Shown in pieces: positions 39,001-54,443 of a stretch of 64,000 bases of DNA. The stretch lies in the NCBI GenBank assembly GCA_030141605.1, contig JAQGDQ010000005.1:372001-436000 (forward strand), read 5' to 3'. The notes below the pieces were generated by a model. That model ran no database searches, was not told where the DNA came from, and saw nothing but the letters and a program-made list of their open reading frames with translations. Positions within the stretch are counted from its first letter, which is position 1. The number at the start of each line of letters is the position of its first letter. The stretch comes from Tubiluchus corallicola. Lineage: Eukaryota > Animalia > Priapulida. Position numbers and translations under genes: made by a program.

Positions 39001-42000
39001 ATGCGTCATGATTGCCATTATTTGGCACTAAAAGCGCGTTAAATAGCCCATGAAGACATGCTAAGCGTCAAGAAAGATTGAGCGCTAAAATTCCGACAGG
39101 AAATCATCCGGGATTCAGCATCAAGGCATTTTCACGTCAGACTTCTGTGTATAACAAATCGTCCCGATCAACTGATTGTTTATTCGTGGTGTTTCGCGCA
39201 GGAAAACGCAAATAAAACTCGGGTTATGTATTGCGAACTGAGAAAATTCGTAAAATTCGTCAGGCAATATGTAATCGCTGACTTTCCCAGTCTACAGGCA
39301 ATACTTTCATTTGAGCCACATTTTTTGTTAAAAATGCCAAATATGTCTGTGGGCCCCTTTGGTCTTCAGTAATGCAGTTATATTCAGCTACTCTATAATT
39401 ATTGTGTTTGATTTACTGTTTTGTATCTTAGTAAGACGACAGGTTCTGCGATACTTTTTAAAGTCTTTTGCAAGTCTAATATAGGCTCCGGAGTTTGTGT
39501 GGCCCACAAGTTTGAAATTTTCTGTACAAAAAAATCTGTAAGATATGGTTTTTGCAAAAAGAAAATGGCGCCACACAAAGCATTGTTTAATTAGTTGGTG
39601 GCCATTATACCAAAAATCTTTTTCGGCCTCATAAATGTTTTCAATTATAAGCGCTGTTACGAGCTAATTACTAGTAACAAAAATCGGCGTCTCCTGTATA
39701 TTTACAACTCAACGTTAGTTACCAGATCATGTTTAATACCACCGAGACAAAAATATGCCAAAAGCGCTGAACCACACACTCGCAGGTTCCATCTCTGTTC
39801 CGCAGACAAAGACGAAATAGTAACAGACACTTGACATACTAAATAATGCTTTATATGTATTAGGAAAACATATTCGTCTGATCATCTGGCAGAATTTAAA
39901 CTGGCAAAGTTCGTTGCTCATCAAGGTTTCCTAAAAAAAACAACGTTTCTTTCTTCGTAAAGTATTTTATTAGCAGTTACCTCGACAAAGTTAGGCAGCT
40001 GTGGCCTGTGAACTGTTCAACTGGCACGTGCAGTATAGTAGCTCCCACTCCAAATACAACAGGAGCGTACTGGAGGCATACTACAACTGCAGCTAGCTGT
40101 TTATAGATACTACTTGGCTGAATATATTGCTCCATTAGGAAACCCGTCAATATGCCAGCAAGCCTAATCCATTAGAGGTAAGGGCTATTTAGCACCAAAT
40201 CTACCTACAAGAATTAGTGTTGGTCAATACAGCGCAAGATTGGCTCTGCGCCAAAAGGCTGCATTCGCACATAAAAAGGCGATTATTACGGGTTTAAGCT
40301 TATTGCGTATGTAAAAAATTGCGTATATGCACAGCCACAGATGTGCTAAAACGCAATTTTGGCGCTATGGAGCCAGCGATGCTAGGATTTGGAGTTTTTA
40401 GCAAAGTCCTAAACAATTCAAACTTTTTGGTCCTAAATGAAATAGACTACATGTATGCGTGGTATGTCAACTAGGGAGCATATGAACAGTGAAACGGTTA
40501 CAGAGAAGTTTGTTATGCAATAGACAAGACAAATGAAACTTTACGTGCAGCAGTTATTTCAACGCTTTTGACAACTAACTTATTGCCATGTAAGCAACGG
40601 TATCTTTTCAGGCTTCAGTTGACTCTCACAGATGGTGGTAGCTAGAAACAAAAACTTGGAAAACGTGAGCTTCTGTCGCCCTGAATTAGTTATTAAAATA
40701 GTTTTAGAAAAACAAATACACTTTAAGTTAGACTTACACTACATTAATCAGTACATTATCAGAGTATGAACTTTTTAGCCGACTTTCGTAGCTCTATATG
40801 TGAACTGATATTACAGTTTCGAGTAAAAAGGAAACGACGCTGTGGTTGGAGACGATTTCCGGTGCCGTATAGCATGTCAATTTGTCCATACCTAATGCCT
40901 AGCTATCATGCGTTAAATGGCAAGGTTTAGTGAAGGCTGCTGAGTCACGTTTCCTTTTCAACAGCGTATTGATTATAGTGAAAATAACCTTAAGCGGGCT
41001 AAGGTCCATAAATCACAATCAACAGCAGCTGTCACAATTACGCAAACTCCATATCCTGAATTCGTTCTAATTTGCTGAGAACGACAGGCACACGTCACCC
41101 ATTTCTGATGTCGGACTCAACCTACAAAAGCTATCACATACGTCCACTTGCAAGCTCCGCCATGCACCGTGAAAGGGCTCGGCTTGTCCCATCTATGTTC
41201 GTATAGAAAGGACAGAACGAAGTCCCAATGAATAACATTGCCAAAACTGCCACTCATCAAAAGGAACATAACATAAATTGGACAATACACTTTGTACTAT
41301 AGAATTTTTCTAAATTATGTGTTCTCTCAGCTTGTCAGAGCGTCAATTATTCACAACTACCTACAGGAGCTTTCTGAATTATTTGGTAATGATTACTTTG
41401 CAACCTTGGTTTCCATACACATTGGTTTCCACAGACAAAACTAAGCGGACAGTAATACTGTCCTTGACAATCGGTATGCATAAAAACAACCAAAATAATA
41501 TTAAGTACTACGGAGTTTTAACAAAGCGTGCAAACTTCTATGCAAAGTCCATCTAATTCTTAATGGAGAATCTGCATGCATCTGGCCAGCAAATGTGAGC
41601 TTATCTTTCACAGGAAATGTTGCGTTAATCATACATAAACAATTTTGGGAAATTTGACCTGATGCAAGCAATGCTGGTGCCACTCTTGCCAGATTTGACT
41701 ACTGTTTGAGGGCACCTAATAAATTTCCGATGTTTTTTTACACATACACCACCCTAAAACAAAAATGATGCTTCTTTCCCGCTCTGATTTGAATGAACTA
41801 CAGAACGCCACTTAAGATGGCTCAAGCACAATGTCATGTATACAGCTCATAACATCCGTCGCTTTAATTACTGCTAAAATGTTTGCAGTTTATATTTATT
41901 GTAACTACAATAAATTTACTTGATCCTATTGTAAATCACAGCTAACTTTCAAAGTTTGGCCAAAAAATGAAATAAGTTAGTTGGACAAACTGCTTATCTC

Positions 42001-43206
42001 GACAACAAAATCTGTGTAAAATAACCGATGTGCAGACAGGTAAGGACAGGAAATAGCAGAAAAAACTGAACAGCACGTTAGTAGCATCCACTGATTAGAT
42101 ATCAGTTCCAGGATAACTAGTGGGGCTATTAGTATATATGAGGTATACAACACTTTTGATGGCATTTGAGGTGGGTTATAGTGTGTACGTCTTATTTCTT
42201 TTTAACAAATATTCGAGCACGGAGGCAATCCGTTATACATAAAAAGAGTAACTTGGTACACTGGCTGATCTAAAATGTTTTAAAATTTGCTTACAAAGCA
42301 GGAAATTAATTTCTTCCAAAAGCTGCCGAAAATCAATAATTCCCTTTTTACTATAAAAAGTAATAGTAACCCCTAAATTACTGCCCATAAATTAAAATTT
42401 AATATGCTAATATTAATTCCTGTTACCATAAAAGATCTTTATGTCACTGTTAAAGGGGCTAAATAATTTTCTATAGAATGCTTGGCAATTTTTGAGTTTT
42501 ATTTTAAAAGTCTGTATCTATTATTAAAGCTTCTCGTGCATCTTTTTTTTTAAATATTTCTTACAGTTCTGGTGACTTTTTCTTGAGGTGTTTCAAACTG
42601 TATTTTTGATTTTCGCTTCGTAGTTGCTTATTGACATTTGGCACTGTGAGTTAATTATGTTTTTCTTGTTTAATGTCAGGATGGGTTTTTTACTTTTTCG
42701 TGTTAGGCGGTTAACTACAGTACTTTGTTTTTTTTTGCATGTCCATTTTTTGCTGTAGGTTTAATTGTCTGAATGATGGTGGTTGTTTGCACAACGAAAA
42801 CGTACAAAATAGCGTTCTGCTTCACACTTGTAGCAAATGTAATTATGTAACCCGAAAAGCAAAACGTAAAGCTAGCACATTAACTTGTTCTACTTATTCA
42901 TATACTGTATTGCCCATAATTTAATGAAGTAAATGAATAACTTGAGCAACAATGTGAAATTGAGCATTTGGGCAATGGCATTCAAACGTCTTCACAGTGC
43001 CTGTGATGGTACTGCATACGTTACAATGCAAACGGCAGTATACTACTACAATATAAGAAACTAAGAAATAACAAGTGCCACCTCCATTTTGAACTGTGCG
43101 TTACTGTGTCGCCCTGAGTCGTTATGGCAGCGCACCGCCAAGCCACACGTATGAACCTTTTTACTATATATGAATCAGCAAATTCTGGACTAACTATATA
43201 CTAAAG

Positions 43207-43747
43207 CGTAGGCTCCTAACCTTGGGGTCGCGAAGCACTTTTCCTGAGGTCGCGGGCTAGTCCAAGAACTATTTTTAAAAAGTGCTGTTTTCATGAAATG
43301 TATGTAAGTAGGTCTCCTCAGTCTCTCATTACATTCTCATTTCTCTCATCTTTCATTCTCATTTTGTTCTGGAAAGTGAAACTGGGTTTTACCGCTTTAA
43401 ATGCGTGGTGTACCAGTGCTTGATTTTCCGGGAACATGAAAATGCGCGTTGTTCTATACAGTGTACACCGCCCGAAAGCGTGTCGCTATTCATTTTACGT
43501 CGGATCTCCTTGAATACCCCTATTACTGTTGCATTACTGGTAGCTGAGAAACAGGTGCAACCATCACATGAATGAATGAAACAATCACTCTTTGTTCAAT
43601 AATTTGTTGAATAGTAAGCTAAAATTAATAAATACAAAAGATAATGATGCGTAATAGTGTAACAAGTGATTAAGTTCTTCGTGGGATCGCGATATGATGT
43701 AAAGTTCTGGCAAGAGATCATCGTCAACGAAAAGTTGGGAACCACTG
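43207..43747. mobile_element. hAT (Charlie-like) MITE, degenerate
   Basis: Right end AAGTTGGGAACCACTG and decayed left end CGTAGGCTCCTAACCTT; internal GGTCGCG motifs; near-matching 8-bp flanks tactaaag/cgctaaag. Confidence 0.7.
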
Positions 43748-44640
43748 CGCTAAAGTTTACGACGAACATTTTGTGTATGCTCTCACAATACTGTGGGTGA
43801 TTTTGGTGGTTCATTCGCTGTCGTAGTGCTGTACTGTGTCTGGCGGCCTGATTTGCACCTCCCCAAGTTATTATCGTTAATAAAGTATAAACAAAAGCCG
43901 GCAAACTAGTAGACTTGGATGTACGGTATTTCAACCTGTGCGCAACTTTGAATAATACGACGCACAAGAACCAGCAATTCAAGACGTTTCGAACACATTC
44001 GAGCTCACTAGTAGTGGTGATGATATTGTACTGTAGGTATTGGGATTCAACTGCGCGCAATTCTGCTCACGGAAACCAGTATTTAATGGCTTTATTGATA
44101 CAAATTCACTGAATACAATAAAGAATTTCATTCATTTACAACAAAACTGAAATTACAAGCATAGTGCGCGTAAAACCGTTTTATTATTTAATGGGCAAGC
44201 TGTCGGTTTGAGACGCCTGTAACTAAAATTAATCTGAAAATCATGTAATTGTGCAAGCATCCAAATTGACAGTGTCGAAGCACCACAATATTCCAGGTTC
44301 ACTCTCAGTATTACGTGTGTAAAAGAGCTCTTCTTGTTTCTGTACAATTCTTTTTTACTTGTCAGTAAGTTCCGGTTCTGATTATTGAATGAGAATGTGT
44401 AGATAATAGGTTCTTTGTTTTGAAAACTTGCCGACGTTTGAAATTAAACCTTGAATCAAATAACAGACCACTTTTCATCAAATAAAAATGAAATCACGGG
44501 ACTCATCAGTAAAACGAAAAATGTTCTTTTTCCTTGTTTACATGCCGGCCGCACAACTAGAAGGTCGATTTTTGATACTTGCTAAAAATTCAAGTCTGGA
44601 GTTTTTGTGAAGTTGACCATTTAATTGACCGAACAATAAC

Positions 44641-44810
44641 TAAATACAAGCATGGGTTCTGTACACAGTACAGTATTCAAAAGTTATATTGTGCTGACTA
44701 ATGAAAAGTTCATTTTTGATTTTCCTTCAGTCACTAAATACAAATATGGGTTGTGTACACAGTACAGTATTCAAGAATTGTGTTGCGCTGACTAATGAAA
44801 ATGTCATTCA
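44641..44810. repeat. ~94-bp-period tandem duplication
   Basis: taaatacaa..atgggtt.tgtacacagtacagtattcaa...gctgactaatgaaaa at 44641 and 44735. Confidence 0.8.
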
Positions 44811-47800
44811 TATGTACATATAATACATATATCCTTGTTTTGCTGTAAGAAAACATTTTCAGATCTATTTTTCATGCTGATTTTTCTGTTTCTGCAAAAT
44901 GCTATATTATTACATTACAGCATAAAAAAGTTTCCACTTAGACCTATTCTGTGTATACTTAAATTTTGAAAGACTTGTAAGAAATAACTTGACACGATGT
45001 TTCCCAAAAACTCCAGACTGACAACATTCATGCCATTTATTTTCAACAGCTCCTGCTATCTATTTGTACCAAAATATCACATATGGCAATGTAAATGGTA
45101 ACTTTAAAAAATTCAGGAATTTCTAAAATAACCAATTTCACCCCTGATGAATATTTTTCATGCCAAATATTCAGTTTTTAAAAGTTCCTTCAAACCCATG
45201 CTGACACAAGCAATAATAAGCACAACCGCGGTACGAAATCTCAATTATAGGAAAAAAGTCTATGTTTTGCGAATGCAGCTCTTCGATGAACGCACAAGAT
45301 TTTGAAAATAAATTCTATAATTTCCACTTTGAGAAGACTTGTAGGTCAGCTTGAGAAAAAAAATCTAACAACTCGTATAAAATAATAATTATCAGAAGAT
45401 TACTCATTAATAAATTAAATTTGTCTTTCTTTATTGAAGGACGAATGAAGGTCACTTTTTAGTCATTCATCCTCATGTAAAAAAAGCTACTCCATAGCTT
45501 TGTGACTTTCACTTTCTGCATTTGCAGACTTCATTACTTCTGCTTAGACAGTTGCTTCTTCATATAAGCACTTCATATATTGCCACTTTCAACTGACTGA
45601 CATACCAAAAACAGAAAGAAGCATTTTACGAAAATAGAAAACTGTAATGTGCAGTAAGACGATGAATGCTATATACATTATATTGTACTATCATTCAATA
45701 GCTCCCTATTTTGATTTTTTATGACCCTAGCTGTTGTACCTTTGGATTTATTTTAACGTCTTTGGGGGATGCCGATTTATTTTTTCAACTTACACATTTT
45801 TTTGTAATTTCTTGGGGTGAAGCTCTACTCCGACAAAACTTCATGTACAATTTCGGGTAAAACTAAAAAATCTACAGATGCAAAAGTACAGCACAGAAGA
45901 TCTAATATAAAAGTTTTGATTAAAAAAAATATTTCTCGGGTTGGTCCCGAGTTTCAAAATACGCACAAAAACAGAAATGGCCTAATTAAAAGCATTTTCT
46001 TTGCGAAATGCCTATAACTAGGGTATTTTTTTCGCCCGAGATTTCGATTTTAATTATTCACCGTCTGAGAATAAGTTTTGAAAACTTTTCAAAGCTTCTG
46101 CTAAGTGACTTCAAAAAATTCCTAAAATGAATCTTAAAACCATCGCCGTAAGATGCTCTGGATGTTCAGTGAGATGAACTTACAGATAAACAAATACTAT
46201 ACTGTCGACAGCTCAGACCAATCAATAGAAATTTTTGTGCTCACTTTTTTCCACAATGTGTGCATTCGTGAGACGACATTTATTATGCCAGGCAGCAGAT
46301 TAGATGGAAGATTAGCCAGGTGAGTGGCCCAGGAACTATCTTTAATGAGAAAATCTCCTCCCAGACATCAACTTCAGTAATCTGTTGCGGGAAAAGATGG
46401 ACCTTTAAAAACCTGACAGACCTCTGAGGTGACTTATTATTTTCCCTAGACAATAATGTAAATGCCATGAACCTGTTTAACGCATACAGTATACACAGTT
46501 ACCCTTCTCGGTACATCAAAGCTAGGGTGGGGGAGGTTAAGAATAGCCAAAATAGAGCGTCTGGTCACATTGCAAACACAAAGAGGAAGATGATAATAGA
46601 ATAAGGATGACCCGGTCAGGGATGGACTTGTGGTCAAACAAGCATTTAGCTTATACTATGATGTTAGCGGTTACTCATAATTCCCACACAGCACCTTTGT
46701 GATGTTCCACGTGTGAATGCGGCGGTAGGTTCAAGGCAAGACTTACTGAGGCGAATAATGGATTGACTTCTGTTAAAAATTCGTCTCTTTACACTGGTTA
46801 TGGTACTAGACACTAGAGTCTACACACCAAAACACTGGCTTGAAAAGAAATCCCCTACGCCTTACACAGACAAAGCTGAGCGATCATATACGTTTACAAT
46901 TCCAAATGAGTCAAAACAGTATAACTAGACGGGCGTTAAACATAATTATCATCTTAATTATTATAAAACCAGTATCAGCTGTTTTGGCAACTCACAAAGA
47001 ATATAAAAATCAAAAGCGAGAAGGAAGCAAATTTCACGTTTCACGTTATGTATGTACAAAATATATACACACAATTGTATTATTTCTGTTAGAACAGGCA
47101 GTACGTCGAATTACTTTCACTTATTCTTTATTTCCTGTTTACTAGGTTACATTATTATTAGCTTACATAACAACTACATCTTTATTTAGTACCAATATTA
47201 CCGAGTAAATAAAGACGACAATGAATTGCTAATTATTAACTACGAAATAAAGAATTATAAGTGAAAGTAATTTAATTATGACGGAGTAAAACAGGCACTA
47301 CATTACAACAATTAAAACTGACTAAATTCGATAAATAATATTCTTGAACTGAACCTAAAGTTTATAAAAGTGACAATGATAAAAATGCAGATAAGTTTTA
47401 ATTAAAGAGTTTTGGGTTGCTAAAGTCAGTTGGCGTATTGAGCCAAGTGTCTGAGATTCGGGAAATGACTGCAAAGAAGATCAATATTCAATTGTAGGGT
47501 TTACAGCAAATCGTATAATGAACACAGTGCAGTCTTCTCAAACCCAATTTGTTGCAGCTATTATGGACAATCAGTGTCAGCAGCAAGATCGAAAACCATA
47601 CTTTCCTGCCGCCAATTTCTGAAGAAGTATAAAACCCGGAATCTAAACGAAATGCTGTGTAAGATGGGTTTACGATGGGAAGTGGAACTGGGGAGTCAGT
47701 AATTCAGTACCTGTGCTGAGGAAATTAGTTCATTATTAGTTCAATGTGGTAATGATTTGTCTTTGACTTTGGGGCGAACGGGTTGACAAAAAGAAACCAA

Positions 47801-50800
47801 AGAAGAACCAACAAAGAAATAGCCGATTAACTCAGAGCCAACAAGCAGGACTCGAGCACATCAAAAGAGCTAAGATCGCAACGAAAATGTTGCATACAAG
47901 CGCCTCTTATGTACAGAAGGGCCTCGAGACAGGAAGTATCACATCACAGATACGCGATTAGAAAACTTGAAAACCCTATAATTGTCTTGCAAAAACGTAT
48001 TTCAGAAGTTCAACCAATCCTTGGTCACTCGTTTGTACAGCTATAGGTGCTTTCTGTAGCATACGTACGTTTAAACATTTATGTCTCGTAATATTAAACT
48101 CAAATGGCAACTGTTTCACAACGAAATGGATGCTTCCTTACACACACAGGAAATGCAAAAGTTGTCAAGGAAGTGCATGCACGAACGACAGCTGCATCTA
48201 CAGAAATTGATTTACCAGCTTATTGCAGTCATTCCACCTACAAATTTCCACGGGTACAAATCCAATACTAAACTGGCATAAAAATGGTACAGGAACAGAA
48301 GAAACATTTAAAAGACACTGGTAACAAAGGTATTAGCTGTCACAAAATCCTACCTACGTGCGTGGGTGCGCACTGTTGTGTGATTATTTACATAAGCTCG
48401 GGTATCAACCCACGTGCCCTTGTGCTGTATAAATATTACTACTAAGTTAATGACAATTTATGACGGCAACTGATGCATCACTTATGCCAAATATATGCGC
48501 AAAAATTATCTCACATAACCGCAAAGAATTGGTTAATAAATGCAAAGATGAGCAAGATGTCTGACAGAAGTTTTTGCGACTTGGTAAACTATATTAATGA
48601 ACATGTTGAACGCTAATCAAATTACCATTCTTGGTACATCAAAGCAAGGGTGTTAAAGCAGACGTCAAAATAGACCGTCTTACCAAATAAAACATTCGCA
48701 TTAGTTGTCTGAGACACAAGCATTAGTGGCACAAACTACATCTAGGCATCACAGACTGAGTGGCATAAATAGTCGTTTGATCAGTTTAAAATTAATTCTC
48801 GTCAAATAGCTATACACAGCTATTACCACCCAGACTCCTTAGAACACCAAAATTCCAATTTTATTTACCACAGGGCTTGTATAAGTCAGTGTCGCAAAAA
48901 GACTTGGACAGTACATATAAGTTACACGACTGACACTATTTTACACTTTTCGATAACCTAATGTCGAGCAATGAGCACCTTGTCCAATGTCCATCTGAAG
49001 ACCAGCTTCCATTTTTGACCTCATCTGCAGATATAAACCCATTTTCTGAATTGTCAGTGACGATGGTGATACAGTACAAGGTTCTACAAGGAAATACTAG
49101 TACAAAAATTCCAGAAACCAAAACAACAAGAACCACAACAACTATTACGTAGTCCGACTCAAAGAGTTTTAAGCACTACTACAGACTACTAGTATTAAGA
49201 CAGGCAAAAATGCTTTTAAGGAGTAGTAAATAACAAGATTATAACTAGTACATGTATATCAATATCAGCTGCTTTGACGCCAAGGCGAACGTTCGTCTGG
49301 TCTAATGTTTCCAAGCGTATGCATTTTTTCCACAAACACGCAAGAGCAACTGCTGTGATACATCACGGTCGATGATCCCTGTAAGCTGCTCTGACCGTGC
49401 AGTAGCTACAACTGAAGCCAACAATAAGGTTTCCAAATTTTAGATATCCCAAAATTCCCACCGCGAAACTGTAAACAGGTTCCGTCAGAAACATAGTTGG
49501 CCGCCCTTCTTACTTTTCTTCCCTTAAACAAAATTCTGTCCCGTTAAGCAATTACGTCCCAGTGAGGCAATGGCGCAGTGTAAACTCGGCTTCATCAGTG
49601 GCCAGTGTATGCCCAAACAAGAACTGTGCTTATTAGTCAGTGCATGAACATTAATATCTAACAGCCTGCCGGCTTGGCGCAAAGAATGCTGTTCCGGGCT
49701 GTACTTATGATTTCCCTAGCTCTGTCACAGTGTACTCAAATGTTCTACAGGTTTACATATTCTCGGGAATACTGGTTGTATCCTAATACATGATATGGCC
49801 TTCGCCTAGGAGTAATATTCTAATATAGCAGCGCAGAGCATACTTCGTGGAAGGATGACTTTCGTTTGCATTAAATTCATTATTATCAGGCGAAGCATGG
49901 CAGACTGCAAACCTGAATTTCTCAAAAAGGACTGTTAGTGTATAACAGAAATAAGTTGCTTTGTGACCTCAGCTAATCATACAGATAATTGGACAAAAAG
50001 ACCAAAAGACTTTGTTGGCTATATAGAGAAATAAAATGATATTTTTCAATCATTTAGCCATGCAAAGAAGCAAACAATTCAAGAAAACTATTACTTTGCC
50101 AAGTAATAAATATTATTTTATTTCTAAATCAAAATGTCAAGACAGTGCAGCAGGGCACATCGATTTTGAACTTATATTTATCCTAAAAAATGTCAAGTTT
50201 TTTTTACAATATCTTACAGGCTTGTCATTTTGGGAAAATAAAGAAGGTACTAAATTTAATAATTTAAAATCAATATAATGTTTTTAGTCATTGTATTACT
50301 CAAAGTTGGTTACATATTTATTTATATGTTAAAGCACAGTTTAGCTCAAATGTTCTAGTAATTTCTCTAAACTACGTGGCAGTCAAAAAATAACTAAATC
50401 GCACCTGTGTTGCTATAGCCAGAGTAGCAGTGTAATGCACAAACTTTACTGCAGCCTACCGATGTACCGAGTGCCTACAGATGAATGACTAGCAACTGTT
50501 AAGATGTGTGAAATAAATATAGTTCAATAAATTTAGGCTCAGTATTTTTCTTTCCAAATAATGCAATCCCATAAAAATACTTTTTACTCTAATTTTTCCT
50601 ACACTTTGTCTGACAATCTACGTATAGCCCTGATTAATTTTGTAAATACTGGTGTGAAATGACACACATGCACGTTTCAAAACCCCATAAAGAAAACTAC
50701 AAAAGACTGTAGCTACCAGTTGATCTGCCAAACGAATTACATAACAGTTATTTAAGGGCAGTGAGCAGCAGATGATGGCACATTGGCACTAATGGATGTT

Positions 50801-51457
50801 AAAGTTCATTCACCCAATCTATATTCTTATTCTACCGACACTTATATAAGCAGTTAATGTGTCTTTGTCACAAACTCCCATATATGCTACACGACCAAGA
50901 ATGATTATACACTTTTCCGCCTATCAACCGAAATGAGTTCAAAGGCTGTTAGACTATCAAAGTCAGACTCACATACTGAGTCACAGTCACTCAGTACTCA
51001 CTATGGTTACAGACTGCATAATTTTTAAGCCCATTCACAATATAATTTTACTAACACTTTTTATCTATTATTGATTGTAACGTCCTAGAGGATATTATGG
51101 AGTCGAGGCTGATAAATTATTAATATTTATTTATTACTAAAAATATATCTCACAACTTTTTTCATATAGATAAAAGAAAACGATATTTCTGTCTCTAAGA
51201 AAAGATTTCTACAGTTTCGAAATTCTATATCACTTTTCTGGAATAGCTTTAGCTACTGTAGTTTAAAAGCCTGATAATAGATGAAAAATCATTTGGCAAT
51301 TACTTTACCTGTACTTGATAGGAATTGTTATAGGTTTTATCAAATAAATTGTCTTAATTTCTGCATGTTAAGTGTAAATCCTTGAACAGTTTTGCCCCAA
51401 TTTAGTATACAATTAAAATGATTTACCAGCAAAGCAAAAAAATGTGCTAATATAAAG

Positions 51458-51533
51458 ATCTAATTTTACATTTCATTCAAGATCTGATAGTCTAATATCT
51501 AATTTTACATTGCATTAAAGTCTGAAAGCCTAA
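51458..51533. repeat. 39-bp-period tandem duplication
   Basis: atctaattttacatttcattcaagatctgatagtctaa followed by atctaattttacattgcattaaagtctgaaagcctaa. Confidence 0.75.
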
Positions 51534-53700
51534 CTGAATGCACACACCAATTATACCACAGTTATATGTCTTCTACATTATAAATTATGACTCATGAGTT
51601 CCCTAACGCTGATCACATTATAGCTTATAATGGAAACACTGTGAAAGCCTGCCCTTATATTTAGTTATAAATCACCCTTGACCATGGTACCCTCACCCAG
51701 TTAGTTATATATCGTTAATGTACCACAGGTAATGGAAAAAATGTTTTTCACATTTTGTTTGCTGATATCCTAATAGAAATTTCAAACATACGAATAGGAC
51801 CACATGAATTAGATGAGTTTACGTGGTATCGAGATGCAATAAATATATACATTACACATGACAGTATAGCTTTGTTGGTGCTAGCTTGAAACTCTTTGTC
51901 CCTTAGTTGAATTCATGAATTCCTACTTTCTCTCTCGCATTGTCGTCATGAATTTAGAAGACTAAAAACCACGTCAAAACAGAAACAGTTTTTTTAAATG
52001 TTACTACGAAAATCCAAAGAATATTACTTTAAAAATCCCAAGAACAGAGCTCAGAAACATGCGAAAAGCATTTACAAACATCATATGTCTGGTATAGAAA
52101 ATGCCACTTCTAAACTTGGAATCCAGATAAAAAGTTTGCAAAGTTGCCATTTTCAGAAATTGGAGCATTTTAGTAGCTCAATTACTTTTAAAGTCTGTTA
52201 ATCTAATGATCTCACTGACTCTGCTAATTATCTGTTTATGTTTGAAACACAGATGTACATTATATCTTCAAAAACACAAATTTAGCTATAATGGTGTGTG
52301 TGCAGTTGTTTTTCTTTCTCTTAACTATGTCACTGTTATTAATATTGTTCAATTTACGGCTGGCTAGTCGTATCATTTTTGTAGCTTATTTTTTAAGCTA
52401 CTTACTAATGTCCAATAGACATCAGTTATTTAATCAATGCTTATTTGTAAATATAGATGCTTTTTTATAATAAAGTGTATCTGATTTAACTGTCTGTAGT
52501 GGGTGTGAGTAGGTATGAATTTTTTATATTTATACACAAGAATCTTAAGTTAAGCAGATTGTTGCATTATTAATAATTCTGTGTACTTAAATAAATATGT
52601 TTATATATAAAAAAAAGTTTGTTATAATTTAAAATGCAGGTATCAATGCAAAAAAAGCCTAACATGTACAGAATCTAAACTTAACCTTTGATTTCTGGCC
52701 AGCACATCTGCTGAGTGAATAAATAGTGAAGAAAACAGCTGTTCCAATCACACTCATTAAGAAAAAATGGAAAAGTTAGAAAGTTCAATATGAAATGTTT
52801 ACTGATTCATTAATAATTATGTAGGCTTTTCATTGATCGTGCACATCAGATATTAATGCTATGAATGCCACAGCAGGGGTGTTAACTCTGTGTTAGAATG
52901 CTAAATAATTCACACTTCTGTGATGTAAGCACGCTGTACCATTCAGCATGCACCAAAATATAAATATTTAACGCCGGTTCCACCTGTTAATCTGATATGC
53001 TGCACTTCGTGACGTCAATCTCCCATTAAACTATCTCCCATCGAACTGCTGGAAATTCAACAACTTATTGATTCTTTGGAAGTAGCGAGTGCTCACTAAT
53101 AATGAACTGTAGCGCACAGGCGAGCTTATTACGTCCGGAAGCCAAAAATAAAATGCACTCTGTAACCATGGCGTCTTTATTAATTTCTAAAGATTACGTC
53201 ACATTAACTTCTAATTTAACACACAAGTCACACTCTTAGTTTTCTTATATTTTTGAAAATGCAAAACATTGACATTTTTATCAACGAATCGTTTAATGCC
53301 ATCACAAAATTATGTATCTTGAAACGTCATACGCAGAAGTCTTCTATTACACAACAATTCCGCAAAACTAGAATCAAACATATATAAACACGTCAATAGT
53401 TATGATTATGCTATATCTGTACTTAATTCAGAAAATATGCAATACATTCAAAGTTACAATGTATATAATGTAGAATGATTTTGTTTCACCGAGTAAAAAC
53501 TAATTTCAGAATTTCAAGTTCTATAAAAGTAAGCCTAAGCCCAAAAATAGTTTTGGAGCGTTTAATCCAAAGAATCATTATAAAAGCCGACGTTTATTAT
53601 ACGTGCTTACGTCCAGACAGAATTTTTATTTTCAGTAAACGTTGATTTTTTTGGTATAGTTTCTTACTATTTTGAATTCTTACTCATAAACAATACTTAC

Positions 53701-53733
53701 CAGCGCCTTGTAGTTTACTTTGCCGGTAGTCAT
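53701..53733 (-). CDS. RBMS1/2/3: Probable first coding exon of RBMS-family gene (MTTGKVNYKAL)
   Basis: ATG at 53733-53731, 11 codons, then a consensus CTG|gtaagt donor in phase 0, compatible with the phase-0 exon at 34111. No clear homology, so the linkage is inferred. Confidence 0.6.
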
Positions 53734-54443
53734 ATCAAATTTTAGGTTGGATATTATACAGCAATGCACAGCGATGCGTCGATCACGGAACTTAAATAAA
53801 CTAGGTATTTTTGTTTGCTAAAGATATCTAAATGTTTGCGGTTATATAAGATTAAATATGACGATAAATATATCCGAAGATAGGATAGAACTCTTCCACT
53901 ATAGTCTCATCTTGATCACTTATGACGCCCATACACAAAATAAAAACAAAAGCAAGCCCAATACTGAACATGCGGCAGCCTGCTTGCCTGCTTTATTTGA
54001 CTGACAGAGGTCCCCAGCTGACTGAACAGTTGACATCAGCAGCAGCAACGGAGCTATGCGGGCCCGCAACCTGTATAATTCATGATGTACAAGAAATTAT
54101 CAATGGCAAAGAGAAATACGCTTCCATGAAGCAGTCAACCATCGATAACTAAACAACGTGGCGACATGACGAATCTTAAGGCTCTTGGTTTCATATGCAA
54201 TCTTCAATAATAGCTTAATAGTAACTTTTAACAACTTAATAATGATATTTTTTTATCACACAAATTTTTGAAGAAGACATCTCATAATGAGTATCATTAT
54301 TTTACGTGTCAAAAGAATGATTTATTAAAAGTGTTGCAACCTTAAAGACTGCATCCCCAATAGCATAAAGATGCAATACACACCCAAAAAGATGAAGATA
54401 TCGCACTTCTGAAGGGTGTGAAGGCACACTATGCCTATAAAAC

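Noticed and set aside
43596-44060. Longest ORF in the track (154 aa)
   Set aside because: No recognisable motif, overlaps a MITE end, non-ATG start.
47400-47640. Possible minus-strand LINE 3' end (LQQIGFEKTALCSL)
   Set aside because: Too decayed to call without a search.
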